DNA from: Octopus sinensis | Taxonomy: Eukaryota | Length of the DNA: 64,000 nucleotides | Direction of reading: 5' to 3' | Assembly: GCF_006345805.1 (NCBI RefSeq) | Contig: NC_043003.1 | Location: forward strand, 43,648,001 to 43,712,000 | Notes under the pieces: generated by a model | What the model was told of the DNA's origin: nothing | Databases searched by the model: none | What the model saw: only the letters and a program-made list of their open reading frames with translations | Shown: positions 53,010 to 64,000 of the stretch, in pieces | Numbering within the stretch: position 1 is the stretch's first letter | How the letters are laid out: every line of letters begins with the position of its first letter | Translations under genes and position numbers: made by a program

Positions 53010-54500
53010 TAAAGTTTTCATTTTCGACGTATTTGAAGTACAAGAAATAGCTGAGATTATTGTAGTACAAAATAAACAGAGAATTAAAAATATCTAAATT
53101 CTAAATCAATAAACAATTGTACGACTGACAATTTGTATAGTGAAATTAACGTTATTGGTAATCATTCGGAACAACCTTTAGATTCTATGATTGATCAAAA
53201 TGCTGATAATATATTTCGTCTTTTACCTTGTATTAATATTAACTCTAACAATAATAATAATAATAATAATAATAAAATAACAACAATAACAACAACAACA
53301 ACAACAACAATAATAATAAGGATAATAATAATAATAATAATAATAAGGATAATAATAACAGTAATACTAATGACAATAAATAATACTCATCATCATCATC
53401 ATCATCATCGTCATCATTATTATTATCTTTATTATTATAATCCATCTTTAACACCTATTTTACAGACTGTAGCTGGCATAAATTCTTATAACTATGAGGA
53501 CAATGTAAAAGTGAAAAATCCATGTGTAATTGTGTAAACAAAACTCGATGTCAGTGTTTATAGAATATAGTATATCAATGTAAAACGATAACTCGACATT
53601 GTAAATATTGGTAAATTGGTTTTTACTAGTTGGAAGTCTACTTTTTTAATAATTCTTATTCCTTTAGATATAAAAGAAAATGTAATTCTACAAACCTTAG
53701 TAAATGCATTTGGAATTTAAAGGATAAGAATGTTAAATATGATTTATAGAGGTCCAATATTAGTTATGTACCATCGAATAATATTGGTAATTCTACTTGT
53801 GATCTTTGCCTCGAATATTAATGTCTAATAATTAGTTTTAAATTAATTTTATTGAATTTAAGTTGGAACTTAACTTTCAGATGTTGTCATAAATTTAGTA
53901 ATACATTCAAATATTTCAATTATAAATTGTGAAAATCTTTTGATAAACTATTATATAATAGGATTAATTTCTATTAAAGTACTTAATATAAATAGTAAGT
54001 AATTAGTTATAACGATGTAAAAGTATCTAAGTTTCGATTAAGCACAACGTAGACTTCTTATCCATAATATTTATTCTTTTAATTATCCACCGAGATCATC
54101 AAGAGTTGTATATATTATTAAGTATTATAATTTTTCAATATGATAATGTTAATTCCTATATAAGAGTTTATTATAATGTATAAATAGATATTGGTTGTCT
54201 TTTCTGGAATTTTTTATTCTATAATTATCCAGTTAGATCAGCAATAATTGTATATATTTTTAATATAATAATTCTTCACTTATTATAAAATAAGGATAAT
54301 TCCTATAGAAGGGCTCATTATATTAGTTACATAAATAGATAATTAATTATTACGACGTAAATATATAAGATTCTATTAAACATTATGTAGAATTATTCTT
54401 TAGTTATCGATTAAGCATAACGTAGAATTCTTTAGATATACAGTGATTCCATTAATTTTTGTAGATGTTTTGCAAACAAATTACACATGCAAGTGCTACC
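53010..54500 (+). pseudogene. Possible decayed leucine-rich-repeat gene fragment
   Basis: Stop-riddled frame gives KLDVSVYRI*YI, PLDIKENVILQTLVNAF and RMLNM (the last two about 23-24 aa apart), plus NISYVPSN, LLNLSWN, GLISIKVLNINSK and a TNYTCKC cap-like motif in other frames. Confidence 0.35.
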
Positions 54501-54639
54501 AGTCGAGAAATTTGCATACCGGAAGCTACCAAGTGAATGGGGTCATTAGAAGATAATGCTTATAATTTCTGGGCTTACCTCTCGACGGCATCAATGGGTC
54601 CCCCCACCCCCAACTGATAAGTAGCCCTGCTTCCTAGAT

Positions 54640-55950
54640 CAAATAAAGCTCAATATTCTTCTGGCCATCGCTCATTGTCTTTTTTAAACCGAAACCAATG
54701 GCTAGCCTTTTCTACTGTAGTTTAGACATCGGTCATAGTGTTATTTACTTTACGATGAGTTAGGCCTAACGATAACACAGTTGTCTCACACTGTGTCCAA
54801 CAAACCCTCAACATCCGACTTGAATTGGAAAATGCTCCGCTTTCAAATTTCTCGAGGAGGTTTACATAACATTCAATCTTTTGAGCCCGAGCGGGGTCCA
54901 TGTTATCTTCATGAGGAACCGTTAACTCGACTATATTTACAACATTCTTTCTTTCACAACACATTAAAATAACTGTTTTGATTGTAACTGGGACGGGAAA
55001 GTGTCCTTGGGACCCTGGTAAACCTGCAATCACCTCCCAATATCCGTTCCACTTTCCATCGCTTACAGGACGTTTGTTGTTCTTCTCGAAACGTATCCGC
55101 TGTCCTGAGCGCACGAAGGTAATGAAATCTCGAGTTGGTACTTTCAACGGTTATTTTTTCACTCTTGTTGAGATCAATTTGGTTCTTTATACTACTGAAG
55201 ATAACCTTTAGGACCTGGTTGTGCTTCAAGTAAACATATGGAAAGAATGTGCTTCAGTGTTCCGACCTTTGCGCATGTGTATATACCATTCTCTGAGACT
55301 TTTCATCTCACTAGATTTGCAGCTGATGGCAAAACATCATTGGATGAACACATCAGAAAAAATTAGCCGAGATGTGGTCCACCTTCATATCTCATCCAAA
55401 CTTATGTTCCTCTCAACAACATGTTTCTTCCATTTTTTCTTCTGTCTTTGTTGAATGCACTGGACCAAATGGAGCTCTCTTCTCTCTGCTTCCCTCGTTT
55501 TGACACTGTTGATAACAACAGATCTTCGTACGCTCCGCATCATACTTCCGAAGGGTTTGAACTGATCTGCGTCAAAACGAAGACCCTTCCGATGAATTTG
55601 CGTTGCACCCACCATATCTCGATATGTAAGAGAAGACAGGATGTCATCAGTCTCTGCTTCTGTTTTCCACATCCTAGCAGTTTTCACATCTGGTCAATTA
55701 CGCATGATTCTCATGCCCTTCGACTCTTTCTTCATCATCTCCGTTCATACCTACCCAGCCTATACATTTCGATTATTGACGCCACTGGTAACTACAACGA
55801 GCCTCTTTTATGATAAAGAGCTGAAATGTTCATTATCCGATGTAGGACTAGCCACTTTCTAACGAACATATTACATTTTTGTTCAACGATTTGAACTCGT
55901 AACAATGCCACCGCATATATTCAAATTGGCCACGAATGTCGCGGATTCAT
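54640..55950 (-). mobile_element. HERO-like (R2 superfamily) non-LTR retrotransposon 3' part
   Basis: DMVGATQIHRKGL, NDVLPSAANLVR*..CAKVGTLKHILSIC, KHNQVL, FITFVRSG, VELTVPHEDN..ARAQK: HERO-type zinc knuckle and restriction-like endonuclease. Confidence 0.8.
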
Positions 55951-56432
55951 GCCGAACTGTAAGCACCAAATTTTGTATTTACCTGGTAACTTTGAGTTAT
56001 CAATCGCTGATAATCCAACCTCGCCTTGTTTCATATACTCGTTTTCTACGTTAGGCCTTTTTTAATGTACATTTCAAACTATAAAAAAATATGGAATTAG
56101 TAAGGTATATTTTTGATAAACTAAATTAGATATTCAATGACGTAGCTCTTCGTTGCATGAATGAAAGAATGTCTGAAGTTAAATATGGTTTGGTGCTTCT
56201 TTTTTTTATTACCGATTTTCAACAGCTAACAGATGTTCAGTTAGAATCTCACCAATTTGTATTAGCTTTATAATGTTGTATTGACATAAATTTTAGTACA
56301 TTTTATTAAAAAATTTTAATACTATTATTTATATATATATATATGTGTGTGTGTGTTTGTGTGTGAGTGTGTGTGTATGTGTATGAATATATGTGTGTGT
56401 GAATATATATGTGCATATATATAGATACATAC

Positions 56433-56483
<51 letters not shown>

Positions 56484-56671
56484 CACAAACATACCCACGC
56501 ACTTGTATATACATAATAGTAGTAAAATTAATGTTATGTACGAAAATTTGTGTCAACACAACATTTTCATATACATTATGTATTATATGTTAATGCCATT
56601 GAAACAATTGTTAGATTTTTTAAGGTGTGATCTAAAATAAAGATTTTATTTTATTCGTACATATTATTGCT

Positions 56672-56704
<33 letters not shown>

Positions 56705-57214
56705 CAAACACACAAACACACATATGTGAGTATTTGTCTGTGTGCGCGTATATATGTGCGTGCACGCGTACACACATACATAGAGAAATAGAGAAAGATA
56801 AAGAGGAAGAAAGAGAGAGAGATAGAATAACAGATATATAAACACTACAAAAGATCCGCCAGAGAAATCGAATTAAATGAAAAGAAATCTGTAACTGAAT
56901 TTTAACATCGAGCAAAAACATTTGAGAACTTTGTGCGTGGTTTTTAGTATGGTGTTGATATTTCCGTTTTAGCTTTTCTATAACAAAAAAATCAGTATAT
57001 CTCCGATAGGAGGGAGCATCTTTTAACAGTTGCCATCTACTAAATATTAAGATTTTCATTTATGTTCGCCACGTACACAAACATTGATATTGTTTCGGTG
57101 TAAACCAGACTCAAAACTCATTCTTAATATTTCTTCTCATACTGCAGTCTTCTTAAAGTCTTTTCCTCACTCACTTTTCCTACAAAGGCAATCCGTATCC
57201 ATTTATAATATCTT

Positions 57215-57257
<43 letters not shown>

Positions 57258-57385
57258 TGTGATTTTTTCCCATTAGCCTAGCTCTTACAATAAGATTTTT
57301 GCATATTTTCTTTTTGCTATGCATTTCCTTTTGTCCCTAGGAGTTGAGAAATGTAGGTAGATACTTTAATTTGATATTCACATAT

Positions 57386-57431
<46 letters not shown>

Positions 57432-57561
57432 CACACACATATATATATATACAATATATATATATACATGTATATATATATGTATATATATATATATACA
57501 AATATACATACCTATATATATATACATACACACGAACACACACACACACACACACACACAC

Positions 57562-57614
<53 letters not shown>

Positions 57615-57804
57615 GTCAAGAATGTACTTTTAGATCATCCATTAAACTATGATGTGCATGATTTCCCTGATTAAATGTGAATGACAGATGAGAATCTTTT
57701 AAAAACGCTAGTTTCCATTTCAGTTTTTAAATCTGAGGTTCGAAATGAGTCGTTACAATTTACTTCCGAAAAAAAAGAAAAACGAAAATTTGTTTATGAC
57801 ACGA

Positions 57805-57902
<98 letters not shown>

Positions 57903-58039
57903 TTGTGTGTGTGTGTGCATGTTTGTATGTGTGTGTGTGTATAAACATATATATGTGTGTATATGAGAGTGGGGAGGGTTGTTTCTGTGAGACTCAAGCT
58001 GCTTGATTAAAATAATCTGCTTATAACATCAGCTACGAG

Positions 58040-58280
58040 GCTGAGCAATCAAAATGCACAAAGGCAATTTAATATAGAATTCTAATAGGAAGCATAGCAC
58101 AATGTGAAAAACTTGCATGCTTGATTTACATCTACAGTCTAATCCAGATCTCCCTCTCCTAAACCCCACGCAGATTCCTGTCACCGATGGAAACCTAACG
58201 CGTGATGAACACAGAGAAGACACCTAGGTGTGGTTTCGAACTCACGGACAGATGTTAATTGTGTGAGCCACTTCACCATT
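58040..58280 (-). mobile_element. tRNA-derived SINE relic
   Basis: Minus strand A box tgactgaatgg and B box gagttcgaaacc. Confidence 0.5.
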
Positions 58281-58730
58281 CAGTCATGGATGCTTCCATG
58301 TTTAAATCATTCCTTGCTACTCCCCAAAATATAGCGCATTTTACGCTCCGAATATTATGATTTTCTCACTAATGCAAAATCAAATATGTCCATAGTGCTC
58401 AGTTGTATACACACACACACACAAACACACACGCACACACACACAGACTTCATATACATGCAAACTGTTACACACATGCACGCATACATACACAGATGCA
58501 TACACGCACATACATACATACATACTTCTGTCTGTGCATCAGAAGACATACATGAAACAAAACATACAAATCTGTGCGTATATATACATATATGCACATC
58601 CACAGAGGTACCATGTTGTTGATGTTAAAATTCCGATCCAGGTACCTTGGACCAAGGTGACAAACTGTTTCTCTCTCTTTTGACAAGAAATATTTAAATG
58701 AAACTGAAAAGTAACATAAGTACATACATA

Positions 58731-59133
58731 GGCGCAGGATTGGCTGTGTGGTAAGTAGCTTGCTAACCAACCACATGGTTCCGGGTTCAGTCCTACTGCG
58801 TGGCAACTTGGGCTAGTGTCGTCTACTATAGCCTCGGGCCGACCAAAGCCTTGTGAGTGGAATTGGTAGACGGAAACTGAAAGAAGCTTGTCGTATATAT
58901 GTATATATATGTATGTGTGTGTATATGCTTGTATGTCTGTTTTTGTCCCTCTATCATTGCTTGACAACCGATGCTGGTGTGTTTACGTCCCCGTCACTAG
59001 CGGTTCGGCAAAAGAACCGATAGAATAAATACTGGGCTTACAAAGAATAAGTCCCGGGGTAGATTTGCACGATTAAAGGCGTTGCCCCAGCATGGGCGCA
59101 GTTAAATGACTTAAACAAATAAAAGAGTAAAAG
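58731..59133 (+). mobile_element. tRNA-derived SINE, near-complete
   Basis: Same family as 5436-5757, ending in an aaaagagtaaaaga tail. Confidence 0.85.
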
Positions 59134-59782
59134 ATTATATAGTCATAAATACACAAATAAACACACACGTACACAATTACCAGTTAAAGAATATACTTAA
59201 TCCTAATGTGTATTGAACAATAAATTTTGTGTTAGTTATGAAAGAATGAATTCGTGAATCATCTGAAAATCTCGTTCTACATCCTATATCAAGGGCAGTT
59301 TATTGAAATGAATGAATTAATTATTCAGTATACATTAGTTATTATTTTATGCTAAAATCTAGTGAGTAGACACTTCTGAAGAAACTGTATTTGTTTCGTA
59401 ATATGCATGTATTTATTTGCCTTTTATACATGCGCGCGCACGTGTGTGTGTGCGTGCGTGTATACACTTTTTACTAAACCTTTCATAAATCACTCATCCA
59501 GACTCCATTACTTAAACATCACTCTTTCTATTGGCGGGTATATCACAAATATTTCAAGTCCATTTATTTGATAGATCCAATCTTCAAACAAGAATTATAA
59601 AAAGAAAGACAAATATATACGATACATATACAAACACATATATAAATATATAAATACATATACATTAATACATATATAGATATATACAAATATATACATA
59701 TATATATATGTATTCACACACACATATAGAGACATACATACATACAGACAAGCACGCATACACACACACACACGCACACACA

Positions 59783-59836
<54 letters not shown>

Positions 59837-59838
59837 AT

Positions 59839-59891
<53 letters not shown>

Positions 59892-60428
59892 ATATATATT
59901 ATATATATATATATACGTCAGCGTTCAACCAAGCCTGTTATTACTGGAAATCATATTCCTTGGTAGGTAGATTTTATAGGAGATATTTCAAGCATTATAA
60001 ATGCCTATTCTGCTTCACTGGACACTTTTTCTATGTTTATTGATATTAGCAAGTTATATTCCTACAAGAAACTTCACCCATGTACAGCTAAATTGTTAGA
60101 GGATACAATATACTGAATAAGGATTCTCCAAGAATAGATATCTCTATAAAGTGGCTTCATCGCCTTTTCTTTGCAACATATAACAAACATTCCAAGTTCT
60201 ATACCAAATAATCTGATTAATGGGTACTGGCGTCCTTACTATTACGTTTCACAAAGCGTAGTATATATCTCTGTTATAAATTATATTCCTTACCTCAGAA
60301 ATACACACATGGAAATATACGTAAACAAATGCTCGAGGAAAAACGAATCTATTTTTCTTATACAGATATACATCAAGCATAAGATGACACTGACTCTACA
60401 TTGGTACATGAATATATGCATTTGTATG

Positions 60429-60470
<42 letters not shown>

Positions 60471-60519
60471 TATTACATCATAGAGAGAGTAGGTTCCACA
60501 TCTAGACTTTCTATGATGT

Positions 60520-61500
60520 AACGCGTGAATGAGAGATTGCCGAGGATAGATCTTTTGGGGTTAGCTTATGTCTGCGCTTCACCGAACAGTTTGTCAACAA
60601 GTTCCAAACTCTCAGCTGATACTTTGGACGAAATCTTGTAACCTGAGTGTGGCAGAGTTACGGGCCTAAAGAATATCTGTCCCGTTCCCCTTATTCGAGT
60701 CCTTTCTCGGCAGCATCGCTACGTCCCAGCACCCAGCGCCTGCAATTCGCCTGCTGTGCTTCCAACTGCGGTAGACATCTGTCCAGCGATCACCGAACAA
60801 ATCTGGCATATGAAGATAAAGCTCGAACGACCGACTCTCCTGTCCCGAAGACTTATCCATTGTGCAACTAGCCATCACATCCTGTACGTTTTCGGTTGTT
60901 ATCAGCATTTCACAGAGCTCCAAATTCCTGGCCTAAATGTTCGCCATGCCTCCGAGAGAGCCCCGAGAATATTCACCCCTGTTTCCGACCCGCCACTTGC
61001 TTCGTAGTGTTTGGAAAATGGTGTTCAATTGCCACACACATCTGCTTGGACTCGAATAGCAAGAGCACGACTCGGTCCGTCACAGAAAGAATTGTGATTT
61101 TGTTGCCAATCTACTACCCTGGCCCATCGAACGGTTTTTATTCCCTCTTGTCTTAAAGCACGCATCCTTGCTATGCCAACTCAACACTTATGCTAGACAT
61201 TGAAAAATTGATCAACATCTACTTTTGCCATCAGCACGTCGTTCGTTATGACTTTACTAGGTGCCTCTTCTAGATTCCTAAATAGGTCACCCTCTATTCA
61301 AGATTCCTATAACGCAGTTTCTTTACTAAACACTAAAACCTCCACTCTAATAGCTCTTTTCAAAGCTAACCACCACTTCTGAGTTCAAATCACGCCAAGG
61401 TCACCGTATCTTCCATCCTTTTGAGATCAATAAAATAAAGTATCAAACTATCTCTGGGCTCGATGTAATCGACAATCCCCGTCTCTTCAAAACTTTCTGG
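60520..61500 (-). mobile_element. Tx1/L1-type LINE RT fragment
   Basis: DKSSG..FELYLHMPDLFG, FRP.TL..YKI.SKV..RL.LV.DKL.GEAQT..RSI..NL across frameshifts. Confidence 0.7.
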
Positions 61501-61559
61501 CTTTGTGCCAATGAACTCGGGATCTTGGGATTAGGTTATACAAAGGCGAAACATGCTGC

Positions 61560-62040
61560 CCCCTCAAAATAAGGCTAGAGGGACATCGCAAAGCTGTAAC
61601 ACGGGGAGATATTGATAAATCGGATATAGCTGATCATGTATGGAAAAATGGAGACCACCTCCTCCTGTGGGATGAAGTTAAAACAATAGACAGAGAACAC
61701 CACTGGAAAATACGAAAACTGAAAGAAGCAGTACATATACTAGGACAGAACCTCCTAAGCAGACCGAGTGCAGATATGAACAGCGTATGGGAATCGGTGT
61801 ATTAAGGAAGGAGAGGAGAATATTAGATTTATAAGCCCTAAAATTCACTCCATAGATGCCCACGGGCATATGGCGCAGTGGTTAAGAGTGCAGGCTATTA
61901 ACCCCAATAATAATAATAATAATAATAGCAACAACAACATCGAAAAATACCTTAGGTTCGACAATTTCCCCAAGATACCTAATGAAGCCTGGAGGGTATA
62001 TCAGCCAAAAATTGTGTGAACATACATAATTCTACATCTC
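61560..62040 (+). mobile_element. 3' end of the same PLE family as 49715-51560
   Basis: HRKAVTRGDIDKSDIADHVWKN..LWDEVKTIDREHHWKIRKLKEA; A box tggcgcagtgg at 61871; HHR relic CTAATGA-AGCCTG..CAGCC-AAAA at 61979-62010. Confidence 0.85.
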
Positions 62041-62199
62041 TTACATACAGAAATGTATTATTCTTTCATTGTATGCAGGCTGTTTGTGTACATTGCTTTC
62101 ATTTGTCTATCTCTAATTTCAATACCGCATTCTGACATGAGCATATATCAGTAAATGTGTCGATCAATCACTCCGAGGTCATTTTCTCAACTATTCTCA

Positions 62200-62720
62200 A
62201 GGAGTTGTATTATCAGCTTTCCAAGTGTCTCATCAACTTCTTAGATTCCTTTTCTGTTCTTATTAGTATTAATAATTTTAGGAAGTGGGGTTCTCTCGTG
62301 GAAAGGTGGATGGAGTTGTATTCGATATTCTTCTAGTATTCCATCTAACAGTTCATTGCTAATGTAATCATTTATAGTGTTTTTAGTATCAACTGATGGC
62401 CCACCTTCATAGTGTTCTGAGTAGCCAGTTTGCTCGTTTGAGTGAGGGATTTCAGAGCTTTTTGCTTGTGGGTATAAGTGAGTATGCCTTATACCTAAGC
62501 TGAGTCTTGACTGATCTGACTACTTTATCAATTTCACTGTCAGTCTTTTATCCTTTAAGATATCACATCTCACAGCTCCTAATTTATTACTGTCCGTGTA
62601 CTGCCTCCTATGACGGTATTTCCACCTCCAGATATTGTAGGTCTCTTTTTGTGTGATTGATGTTTCTGAGTTTAGCGTTGAAGGATATTAAGCATGCATA
62701 ACTTCGATATATTCCTCCTT
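62200..62720 (-). mobile_element. R4/Dong-like LINE N-terminal ORF fragment
   Basis: WTKEEYIEVMHA*Y motif like the R4-clade N-terminus. Confidence 0.45.
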
Positions 62721-63504
62721 AGTCCATTTCTGCCTTGTATTTCTATGTATTTCAGATAGTTGCTCTTAAGCATCAGTTTCAGGAATATCCCTGGTTTAAT
62801 TTGCTATAGGTTCTTGAGGAGGTTAGTCTAGATTTAAGAGTTTTCGAGCTCAGTGTCAGAGCATAAGTTCGCTGATGAACATGTTCTTTGAACGACGTGG
62901 GTTTTAGTGGGTATTTCCATGGTTGGTATCCAGAGCCGTACTATGAGCACATGGGATTAACCAGTTGCCTGGTTCCTTGGGTAAATTTCAGAGGTCCCTG
63001 GCATCATCATTTTCCGGCGCGAAAAAAAAATGATATTTTGAGGAAATTTAAATTAGTTCATGCAATGACCTGCTGCCTGGAAGGTGTCAAAAAGAGGCAG
63101 ATATTGAAATTACAACCAGGGGAGACAGAGACAGAGACCAAAAACAGAACCATTGGGCAGTTTCCCAAATTAGGTTTATCTCCAAGCTATTTCCAGTAGG
63201 ATGGTGATGGCATTGATGACACCGGTTGTGAAAGTTGTAATGGGATAGTATATGTTCTGTCAGCAGGATGTAAACGGCGCTGGATGTGTATGTTTGTCTA
63301 CAGGCTATTAGCAATAGTAGCTTTAGCGGCAGCAGCAGCAGTAACTGTAGAAGTGCGAACAGGAAGCAAAAGAAGCGTCACAGTCTCGCGGTCAGCAGAG
63401 GTCAAATGAGTTTCCTACTACCAAAAGCGGGATGACCTTGGCCTTGGGTAGGTCCAACTCAACCTGTTCTATTTTAATCACAAATAAAAAAAATACACAC
63501 ACAC

Positions 63505-63590
<86 letters not shown>

Positions 63591-63614
63591 GGTAATAATA
63601 ATTATTATATATAT

Positions 63615-63916
63615 ATGCGTATATCGGTACAGAACGTCACTAACAGTAAACAACATGAAATGCGACGTAAATAACCGACGAAAAAAAGGACAGGTAATAC
63701 AGAGTGACCCTTCATCAGTTGTCAGCTGTTTATCTACTCCTAATTTCGAGCAATGTCGTTGATTAAATGGGGAGTAGATAGACAGCCAACAAATGATGTA
63801 GGTTCATTTTTTGTATTACTTGTCCTCTTTGTTTCTCGTTATTTGTGTATAATTAACTTATTTGATTCCGTACTTTACGTTGTTTACTGCTGGTGACGTC
63901 CTGTACTCATGTATGC

Positions 63917-63917
<1 letters not shown>
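63615..63917. repeat. Diverged inverted repeat (about 63615-63740 / 63771-63917) with about 30-bp spacer
   Basis: ggagtagat..acagc..acaa.tgatg.agg.tca...tgtattac.tgtcct...gttgtttactg..gtgacgt.ctgtac occurs in both orientations. Confidence 0.75.
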
Positions 63918-63980
<63 letters not shown>

Positions 63981-64000
63981 ACACACACACACATATATAT

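Overview
AT-rich, microsatellite-dense eukaryotic DNA with no intact protein-coding gene that I can recognise. The SINE and LINE repertoire resembles octopus (coleoid cephalopod); the species assignment is inference. Most of the window is decayed mobile DNA: tRNA-derived SINEs, R4/Dong-like, HERO-like, RTE, CR1/L2 and Tx1/L1 LINE fragments, mariner/Tc1 fragments, and several Penelope-like elements (PLEs). Most ORF-track entries are translations of microsatellites. The standout is a head-to-tail trimer of an apparently identical 816-bp unit at 31213-33660. Each unit is a foldback with 259 bp of paired arm. It carries a complete type I hammerhead ribozyme (HHR) on the minus strand and a second copy on the plus strand whose stem III and cleavage site are removed by a 45-bp microhomology-bounded deletion. 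Older, decayed inverted pairs carrying HHR-core sequence recur at about 4.7-5.15, 18.5-18.8, 44.9-45.3 and 63.6-63.9 kb. This points to a recurrent 'inverted hammerhead cassette' architecture, a candidate PLE-derived retrozyme or rod-like RNA system. All alignments, folds and coordinates were worked out by eye, and element boundaries are approximate.
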